Of a stretch of 45,931 nucleotides of DNA, positions 38,758-45,931 are shown piece after piece. Position 1 is the stretch's first letter; each line of letters opens with the position of its first letter. The stretch lies in NCBI GenBank assembly GCA_043739185.1, contig JAYUEN010000188.1:1-45931 (forward strand), in the 5' to 3' direction. The notes beneath the pieces were generated by a model. That model was given only the letters and a program-made list of their open reading frames with translations, searched no databases and was not told where the DNA came from. Made by a program: the position numbers and the translations under genes. The DNA comes from Bdellovibrionales bacterium. Its GTDB lineage: Bacteria > Bdellovibrionota > Bdellovibrionia > Bdellovibrionales > JAMPXM01.

Positions 38758-39230
38758 CTTCAAAACCTCTAGACAACCGAACAGAGCCCGATCTGTTTCG
38801 CGCAGACAAGGTGTCCGCCGGCGACCTGTTTTACGCGACTAAAATGCGGACCATTTAGGCCGCCCAAATAACTCAGCTTTCAAGCTGATTGCGGCAAGGC
38901 AAATGCAGACGCTGGTTGCAAGGGCTAAGAGGCCAAAGTCTCATCCAGTCTTGAATCTAGAGATAAATTGAGTTTATTTGATGGAAAACGACGCTGTGAC
39001 TTAGGGCTTCTTATTTTGATTTAGATAAAGCGAAAAAGTCTCGGCCGGCATAATGGCTAAATATTCTAGCTGAGAGACTTACTTCAAGTCGGAAGGTGAG
39101 ATTGCTACTTCAGACTTGCCGTAGCGTTCGGCCAATTCTTTTCTAGTGAGTCCTTTTTTGAATCGCAAAACTGCCAGCTCTGCGAGATCAAACCTAGGCT
39201 CCCATCATTCAATAGGGTTTAAAACTGGTT

Positions 39231-40658
39231 CTACTGGGGACAAGAATTGAGAGTGTCAAAATGATAGCAAGAATTTTGCTGGTCCACCCATCCAGCTCCA
39301 GGCGGCGCAGTTAAATTGCATCTCCAAAGAATCTCGTGGTTCGTTGCAGAACAAAAGTAACATGATTTTGAAAGACCGTTGTCGAAATGATAACAACCAT
39401 TATTTTGATTCACCCAGCCCGCTCCAGGTGATGACGTCTGACCACAACTCCAAAGAATTTGATGATCGACACTACAAAAGAAACCCGAGTTGCTAGTATC
39501 ACCGGCTGGAGGTGTAGGCGTTGGAGCTGGTGTTGAAGTCGGAGTCGGAGTCCCTATTGGTGTTGACGCCACTGTTGGAGCTGGCTCTGTCGCCATTGGA
39601 CTTATTGTGTATATGCTAATATTTTTATAAGCCAAGCCTAGCCAACCCTCGCCGCCGTTCACTTTTGCAATCTCAGGATCAAAATTAAATCCATTTACAT
39701 AATAGACAGAGGGATCATCGGAAAGTTTTGAATATTGACTGGGGTATTGCTGCTTAATTGCCGAGATAGCATTTTTTAAATTATTCGCTGAAATACCAAA
39801 TAAGAATCTATTATATCCAGCGCTAGGAGTAGTTAAAATATTTGCTCCGCCGAGTGCCGTGGAGTAAAGGCCGTTTTGTCCGGCCACAGCTAAAACGATC
39901 GCTGCCTGAGTGCCTGGAGTATCACCATTAAAGGCTCCATCAAACATGACGGCTTCTTGAGCGCCACGCGGATCATAGACCGTTGAGCCAAACCAAAAGC
40001 CCTTGTTGCATGTAGAATCTACAAAGAAAAAGTATTGAGTCGCATAGCCAACAGCAGGAGCTTGATTGTAGGCGCCCGAAACCTGTAAATCCATTGAGAA
40101 AACTAAGAGTTGGTTTGCATTGGTGAATGGAGTTACATTCAAACTTGCTCCAGAGACAATTCCAAATATGGTGCCTGAGTTTGTCGTTGCAGTTTCAGCA
40201 CTCTTTGTATGGATCATGAGTCCGATCACGCCAGCTTCGACTTGAACGGATGTGGATCCGTAGCTTGCATTGTTGACACCAAGTTGGGCAGAACTTTTGT
40301 TCGCAGGGTAGAATCCTGTGAAGTCGCCCACATTCCATAGAATGGGTACATCGGCAGGGCCATTGGGATTCGAAAACCACTGCGAAATTCCAAAGCCTCC
40401 GGTAGGATTGGTTTGATTGATAAAGAGAATATCTTGTACTCGGTCCGAAGTCGATTGTTGAAACCAAACTTTCTTAGTTGAAATATCGACGCTAAGTGCG
40501 GATTTATTATTAATGGTCAGCCCGGCAGTAGAAACTTGAATTCCGGAAAACTGATTGCAATTTTGAAAGCTCACCAAAATAAATATTCCGGCGCTAAATA
40601 AAAAAATAGGTCTTTTTTGTGAAAAAACTATCCGAGCGTTTCTTAAAAATTGGACCAT
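39231..40658 (-). CDS. FQNC-type lipoprotein with PT linker and two Cys-rich C-terminal repeats
   Basis: ILVSFQNC, beta-rich core, TPTP linker, duplicated FCS..H.ILW.C....PGAGWV.Q...CYHFD. Confidence 0.85.
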   Translation of the reverse strand: MVQFLRNARIVFSQKRPIFLFSAGIFILVSFQNCNQFSGIQVSTAGLTINNKSALSVDISTKKVWFQQSTSDRVQDILFINQTNPTGGFGISQWFSNPNGPADVPILWNVGDFTGFYPANKSSAQLGVNNASYGSTSVQVEAGVIGLMIHTKSAETATTNSGTIFGIVSGASLNVTPFTNANQLLVFSMDLQVSGAYNQAPAVGYATQYFFFVDSTCNKGFWFGSTVYDPRGAQEAVMFDGAFNGDTPGTQAAIVLAVAGQNGLYSTALGGANILTTPSAGYNRFLFGISANNLKNAISAIKQQYPSQYSKLSDDPSVYYVNGFNFDPEIAKVNGGEGWLGLAYKNISIYTISPMATEPAPTVASTPIGTPTPTSTPAPTPTPPAGDTSNSGFFCSVDHQILWSCGQTSSPGAGWVNQNNGCYHFDNGLSKSCYFCSATNHEILWRCNLTAPPGAGWVDQQNSCYHFDTLNSCPQ

Positions 40659-40680
40659 AAATCATCCCCTTACAAATTGG

Positions 40681-41222
40681 TTAGTGGGCAACACAACCAG
40701 CTGGAGCTGATTTGCAGGTGTAGGTACAATTATAAGTGCTATTTGTAGCCATTGCGCCGAGGTTACTGGCGCTGCATGATGGGTTTCCATCAGGAGGCAC
40801 GGCTCCAACAACAAAACCTGAAGCTTCCCAATAGGATTGGTACAATTGGTTGGAACAGCACTGCATCGAAAGGTATAATTTAAATTTGGGTAAGTATTAA
40901 TACTGCTCACGAAAAGGCTTCCATTGAGATTGTTTGGGTTGCAATCCGTATGATACTGGTTAATGACATTCACATGGTTCTGGTCCACCCCATTTGGATC
41001 TTCTGAAAAGATCGCGGCCCATTTATAACTACATGTTATTTGTGACCCCAAATTTGCGTTTACAGCTTGATTGCTAAATGATGATTCTGAGCTAGAAGCA
41101 GACTCTGTATTAAACTTAGAACAATTTTGAAGCGAAACGAGCAATGCAAAGCTTCCCAAGGTTCCACTGACCAATCGGATAGTGTGTCCGTTTACATTTT
41201 TAAGCTTTATGAATGACCCCAT
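40681..41222 (-). pseudogene. LQNC-type lipoprotein gene with apparent frameshift near 40835-40842
   Basis: The second Cys module (YWEASG...CSASNLG...YNCTYTCKSAPAGC) lies in another frame ending at TAA 40681; unshifted ORF is 40662..41222. Confidence 0.65.
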
Positions 41223-41268
41223 ATGAAGTGTCCCTTTTTTATGTTCTATAAGCTCTCAATATAGTATG

Positions 41269-41285
41269 AGCAAAGACGAAGCCCA
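41269..41285 (-). promoter_or_regulatory. Candidate sigma-54 promoter
   Basis: TGGGCTTCGTCTTTGCT: GG-N10-GC with TTGCT, about 47 bp upstream of ATG 41222. Confidence 0.4.
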
Positions 41286-41723
41286 GTTGTGAGATCTACC
41301 TTTGTTTGCGCTGTGAATTGCTAGCCGTATGTTACATCTTTAACAGGGATAGACATATATTACTCATCCGACCATTTAGTAATCATCGTGAATTGCTTCA
41401 GTTGAAGTTTGTCAGAGTTGTAGAGATCGACCTATGAGAAATTGTTCTGCTCGCCCTAAATTTATCGAATCATAATGAGATTACACCAATCTGATCTGTC
41501 TATAAATTAAAGCAGAATCTTCACCTTTAGGTTTGGCTTTGTTGAACCGGTACACCCTCAAATCAGGCCGAATTTAGCATTGTACGCGGTGAGAATTATA
41601 ATTTTTGGGTGCATACGGCGGCTTCATCGGATGATTATGGTCAACCTGTTCGCTTGAATTTTACCTGCAAATAGGAATTTGCAATTTGGTGTGGCCGACC
41701 AAATTTTGAGAGCTCATATCTGA

Positions 41724-41799
41724 ATCAGTCCACTAACCTACCGAATCAGAGACCGAAACAGCCAAACGGTTAACCGCTGCGGCTGCCGTTAAAACTGAT
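41724..41799 (-). repeat. Dispersed palindromic repeat, copy 2
   Basis: Reverse complement ATCAGTTTTAACGGCAGCCGCAGCGGTTAACC...GTTTCGGT...ACTGAT. Confidence 0.65.
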
Positions 41800-42065
41800 T
41801 TCAAATCTAGACTTATAAATGAAACCAACCAATAGAAAACAGAGTCCAAAGAGTGCCCTTTTCAAGGACGCAATATTCAAAAGTGACCATTTTGGGTTGG
41901 CAAGTGGAGTCATGACGCCCGAGTGAACCTTGAGCCTCCTTTGAGCCCGAACAGAGTTGGACAGGATTTAGCATCAACTGGCTTCACGATCTTTGAAACT
42001 TTGAAATAATTGGGAAGTGCTCTCAATGAATTTTCAAGGGATCTCCGTTTCTGAGGAGGAACTCA

Positions 42066-43073
42066 ATGCGTTTGCTATACAAATTGGCTTTGGGCTTGAG
42101 CAAAGTTATGATCCTTTTTTTACTAGCTTCATTTGCACAGGCGATAATCGTTGAGGCCGATGATTGTGAGTTTATTCGAATCGCCCTGAATGACCCAAAC
42201 GTTCATGAGGTAGTGATTCCTGAAGGCTCTTATACAGCGAACCGACCGATAGTGGTTAATCGCAGTGGGGTCAGCTTAATAGGCAAGGGAAGGGTGACGA
42301 TAACTCTAGCTGATAACGCCAATTCACCACTCCTCATTTTAGGAAATATCGAAACTCCGCCCGCGCCGATTTCTGACTTAAGAGTAGATAACCTGATCCT
42401 AAAGGGAAATCGCGACAATCAAAGTATGGAATGCTGGGGTGGCCCTTGTGATTCAGATGCGTTCAGCACCATTCGAAATAATGGAGTCACAATTCGGGGA
42501 GTTCATCGCGCCAATATCACAAATATTCAGACAATAGGAATGCGTTCTGGCGGCATTGTCACCGAGAAAGTCTGCAGTGAGCTGAACATCGATGGCTGGA
42601 TTTCAAAGGATAATTATTTCGATGGTTTTGCCGGTTATGAAACTACAAACAGTACGTTTAAAAATTTAGATTTATCTGAGAATATGGGCGCCGGAATTTC
42701 GATTGATATTCGCTTTCATGGCAATACCTTTAAAAATGTTCGAATGCATAAAAATATGGACGTGGGAATTTTCATGCGTGATTCAAATAACAATTACTTT
42801 ATTGATTTGAAGAGTTATGACAGTGGTAATCATGCCATATTTCTTTCACAAGTTGATAGTGATGCGGACACGGTTCCAATAAACAACACATTTGAAAATT
42901 TAGAAGTTGATGGTGCCAAGGGTGATGGCTTTCATTTAAACGACCCTGGCGTCGGCAATAGATTGATCAATGCAAAATTTAGAAATGTTCGGGGGCGAAA
43001 CATATTTGAAACCTTAGCGGGAATAATTGAAATTTTACCAGCGACTAGTCGGTGCGAATTGCTCTTCCGCTAA
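42066..43073 (+). CDS. Secreted right-handed parallel beta-helix protein
   Basis: GAGGAGG RBS, signal peptide, IPEGSY, repeated N..DG./AGI/VGI beta-helix coils, C-terminal CELLFR. Confidence 0.85.
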   Translation: MRLLYKLALGLSKVMILFLLASFAQAIIVEADDCEFIRIALNDPNVHEVVIPEGSYTANRPIVVNRSGVSLIGKGRVTITLADNANSPLLILGNIETPPAPISDLRVDNLILKGNRDNQSMECWGGPCDSDAFSTIRNNGVTIRGVHRANITNIQTIGMRSGGIVTEKVCSELNIDGWISKDNYFDGFAGYETTNSTFKNLDLSENMGAGISIDIRFHGNTFKNVRMHKNMDVGIFMRDSNNNYFIDLKSYDSGNHAIFLSQVDSDADTVPINNTFENLEVDGAKGDGFHLNDPGVGNRLINAKFRNVRGRNIFETLAGIIEILPATSRCELLFR

Positions 43074-43226
43074 CGATAAAATGACGTCTCGTTGATTCAA
43101 TTCTCAGCTTTGTACTAGACCTTCATTTATGGTGGGCGGGTGATTTGAGTGAACTCAAAATAATTCGCTTGAAGTTGCGAGGCCTTATTGCCAATCTCCA
43201 AATGTTTCGATAGCGTATTGTAAGCA

Positions 43227-43616
43227 ATGAACTTAAAATTTTATTTTTTTATTTTAGTTTTGGTGGTGACAATGAGCTTAAATGTTCGGGCCGATCGAAA
43301 TCCGCCGGCAAAAATTCCCCCAATTGTTTTTGAGAAACACATTTTTAGCCAGAAGTTTGAAAAAGATGAGGTTGGATTCAGGGTCTATATTCTTTCTAGC
43401 GATTTAAAGAGTCAAAAAGTTGAATGGAAAACAGAAATTTATCATGGCACTTTTGACCAGGGTCTTGAGACAGATGTGCAAGAGGTTTATCTTGCGTCGC
43501 TTAAATTGCAGAAAAAGAAATTGCAACTTGAGGCAGTAGATGAATCAGGCAAAAAATATCTTTTGGACAGTGTTAAGGGTAAGTTGTTGGAGCCTAGTTC
43601 GCCTGGATCTTATTAG
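43227..43616 (+). CDS. Secreted hypothetical protein
   Basis: Signal peptide ending VRA|D, R.PPAKIPPIV, LETDVQEVY. Confidence 0.75.
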   Translation: MNLKFYFFILVLVVTMSLNVRADRNPPAKIPPIVFEKHIFSQKFEKDEVGFRVYILSSDLKSQKVEWKTEIYHGTFDQGLETDVQEVYLASLKLQKKKLQLEAVDESGKKYLLDSVKGKLLEPSSPGSY

Positions 43617-43628
43617 TGGCTGATTTAA

Positions 43629-44177
43629 GTGAAATTTAGGTGGGAAATTCGATTGAAAAGGAAGTTTGTTTTCTTATTCATTTTGCTTTTTTCTCAAGGG
43701 GCCTTCGTGTCTGAAATAATTGTTCAATCATCTGGTGAAAATCTCGAACATTTGGCCAAACGCGCCAGTCATATTTTGATAGTTGAAAAAGGCAGACCCA
43801 AGGAAGTAGTCATAAAAGAAATTGTCTTCCCAAAGGAAACCCATTTTGAAAAGAAAATGGAATCAAGTTATACAGAGTACGTTGAAATTTATCACATTAA
43901 GAAAATAATTAAGTCCGAAAAAATCAAATCAGGAGAAGTTAGAGTTTGGACAGCGCCTGCTTATGACGAGGCGTCGTCTAGGGCCTACCACGAAGAGGGC
44001 TTGTCTGAAAGTCCGATTGTGCGTGAGTATCATGCGAATTCACCAAATGAACTCGGCGATGAAAGAATTCTTTTTTTAGCAGACTCGATCGACCACTCAG
44101 ATTATTTTTTATTCTTAGGCGCAGAGGGATTAAAGTCACAAGCGCAAATTGAGAAAGCCTTAGCTCTTAAAAAATAG
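43629..44177 (+). CDS. Exported hypothetical protein
   Basis: N-terminal hydrophobic stretch; 182-aa ORF 12 bp after the previous gene; start uncertain. Confidence 0.7.
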   Translation: MKFRWEIRLKRKFVFLFILLFSQGAFVSEIIVQSSGENLEHLAKRASHILIVEKGRPKEVVIKEIVFPKETHFEKKMESSYTEYVEIYHIKKIIKSEKIKSGEVRVWTAPAYDEASSRAYHEEGLSESPIVREYHANSPNELGDERILFLADSIDHSDYFLFLGAEGLKSQAQIEKALALKK

Positions 44178-44467
44178 ATTTTTATTCTTAAATCCTTCAA
44201 AATTTTAAATTAAAATTTGCTAATTTAATTTTTCATTCTACCCCAACCAACGACGGCGCTTACAATTCGCAAGAAAAGCTTGAGTCAAAAGTCTAGTCGT
44301 GCCGACGTTTAAATTTAAATCGAATAGACAATTTCGGCTCGATTTTAATTTAATTTAGAAAGGGAGGTCGAGAATGAAAGAAGCTTTGTGACAAAATTGG
44401 TGATTGAAATCATAATATTAAAAAATTGAATATTAAGAAAATGAAATTTCTATCTAGGGGAAACAAA

Positions 44468-44806
44468 ATGAAATTAATATTACTGGGTATACTCATGATC
44501 GGCACCTCGGCACTTGCAATTGGGCTGTCTATTCCGACTCCAAATATTCAGGCCGAAAAGCAAAAAGCCATACAGCAGCAGAAAAACAATGCGGCAGAAG
44601 GTGCAAATAAGGCAGCAAACAAGGCCGCCGAATTTCATGTGGGACCGCCTATGTCAGATGCTTTGGCTCGAATAGCAAAAGAGAAAAATCAAGGGCCAAA
44701 TGGCGCAACAGCAAAGGGCACGTTCGTTGCGGACTGTACGAAAAAACCTACTGATAAAGGCTTTGATTGCATCATTAAGCCTGACATTGAAGTAAGACAA
44801 AAATAG
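44468..44806 (+). CDS. Secreted hypothetical protein
   Basis: AGGGGA RBS, signal peptide MKLILLGILMIGTSALA, Cys pair near C-terminus. Confidence 0.7.
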   Translation: MKLILLGILMIGTSALAIGLSIPTPNIQAEKQKAIQQQKNNAAEGANKAANKAAEFHVGPPMSDALARIAKEKNQGPNGATAKGTFVADCTKKPTDKGFDCIIKPDIEVRQK

Positions 44807-44871
44807 GAATTAATCATTTCCTTTTAGTTTGAATGCGGCTATATCAGTTGGCATCGAGCTAAGGGGGAGCG

Positions 44872-45669
44872 ATGAAATTATATCTATTAATTTTAGCAGT
44901 TTTGTTTTCAACAAATTCAGAAGCAGAAATCCTATCGCCGATGCTTTGTGGCGATCAACTCAAGTCATCGCTTCCAATATTTCAAACAGCTTTAGACAAT
45001 TTGTATTCCTTTTCCTATATTCGATCGGCTCTTCAGGAAGAATCGGTACGAATGCCAGAGTCAGAATATTGTGTTTCAAGTATTGCTCTCGGCGGAAATA
45101 TTTATCAGTATTTCAATTATTTAATTCTTGTTGAGGTTCGATCTAAAAATTCGACAGATATAAATCATTTTCAGTTTTTATTTCAGGATGCCTCAGTTCA
45201 GGCTTTTCATAATATTGGGGGGCAGCCTTGGGCGGGTTTAGAATTGACCAAGCTTCGGGAAGTATTCAGAAAGTTAATCGAACAAGCTCAATTTAGGCCG
45301 CAACCAAAATCGCAGAACTATCAAAATCTCGTTGAGATCGCAATGAATTCACGGACATTTAAAAACAATTCCAAAGATGTTAATTTGGATTCATTCTCAG
45401 CTATTCCTTTAGGCGGCAATGGTTCGGGAGGATTTTTTTATTTAGTCACGTGGCTCACAAATCCAAACAGCAATCCATTTTTGTATCCCATACTTTCGAG
45501 GGGGGTTTTAATTTCAATTGATGCTTTCGGGGGTATTGAAATCGCAGAAAATATTGCGCCTTTTGCGGACATATGGTTGCCGCTTGAAGAAAATGTATTG
45601 GAGATAAATTCAGAATTATCTAGTGACGTATTGATTTGGAAAAATAAATTACTGCAAATTTCAAACTAG
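44872..45669 (+). CDS. Secreted hypothetical protein
   Basis: GGGGAG RBS, signal peptide ending SEA|E. Confidence 0.75.
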   Translation: MKLYLLILAVLFSTNSEAEILSPMLCGDQLKSSLPIFQTALDNLYSFSYIRSALQEESVRMPESEYCVSSIALGGNIYQYFNYLILVEVRSKNSTDINHFQFLFQDASVQAFHNIGGQPWAGLELTKLREVFRKLIEQAQFRPQPKSQNYQNLVEIAMNSRTFKNNSKDVNLDSFSAIPLGGNGSGGFFYLVTWLTNPNSNPFLYPILSRGVLISIDAFGGIEIAENIAPFADIWLPLEENVLEINSELSSDVLIWKNKLLQISN

Positions 45670-45713
45670 AGAAAAATGCCTTGCAGGAATTATTTTCTGC
45701 CTTTGGCCAGGCA

Positions 45714-45790
45714 CTCAGTATGCTTAATCCCTAAAGACTGAAACTGAAACAGGATATCAGGTGACTGCTGCGGCTGCCGCGAAAAGTGAT
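45714..45790 (-). repeat. Dispersed palindromic repeat, copy 3
   Basis: Reverse complement ATCACTTTTCGCGGCAGCCGCAGCAGTCA...GTTTCAGT...ACTGAG. Confidence 0.65.
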
Positions 45791-45931
45791 TTAAACTCTA
45801 AACCAATCAAAATAAGAATAGGCCCGAAAGATGGGTTCTTTCTTCTTATAGTTGAATTCCTGTGGATAAGTATTTTTAAGCTTTTGCGTTATTTGGGAGT
45901 TTTTCGGGTCTGGTTTTGGACTTAAAAAAAG

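Noticed and set aside
38760..39230. GC-rich intergenic stretch as a riboswitch or sRNA
   Set aside because: No convincing match to c-di-GMP, SAM or other motifs by eye; lies between convergent genes; needs an Rfam scan
45861..45869. Perfect DnaA box TGTGGATAA, possible oriC
   Set aside because: Single box at the window edge, no cluster or dnaA in view; another copy occurs inside a CDS at 33546

Overview
Bacterial chromosomal segment, probably from a Bdellovibrionota (Bdellovibrionales-like) predator. This is inferred from FQNC/LQNC-type lipoproteins, a C-terminal 'CxxxF' secreted-protein tail, and the tad/aspS/sigma-32/folD context. Left to right: a partial IS1/IS1595-like transposase; a CDP-3,6-dideoxyhexose (paratose/tyvelose) cluster with a GT2 and a divergent polytopic GT-C-like gene; ileS-lspA-lgt; a truncated RAYT; a radical SAM/SPASM maturase followed by an unannotated 40-aa single-Cys peptide gene, a CHASE2 kinase and an NtrC-type regulator; a diheme cytochrome c lipoprotein; a sigma-32-family factor; aspS; an incomplete Flp/Tad locus split by a hybrid kinase and a large Cys/Gly-rich secreted protein; folD, gcvT, gcvH, tRNA-Leu(TAG); and an accessory region of orphan secreted proteins. 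Top candidate for a new system: the rSAM + 40-aa peptide (18269-19772), a putative ranthipeptide-like RiPP next to a two-component system. Also seen: two MITE-like palindromes, a three-copy dispersed repeat, a frameshifted lipoprotein gene, and a hairpin occluding the flp Shine-Dalgarno. All calls are by eye; no searches were run.
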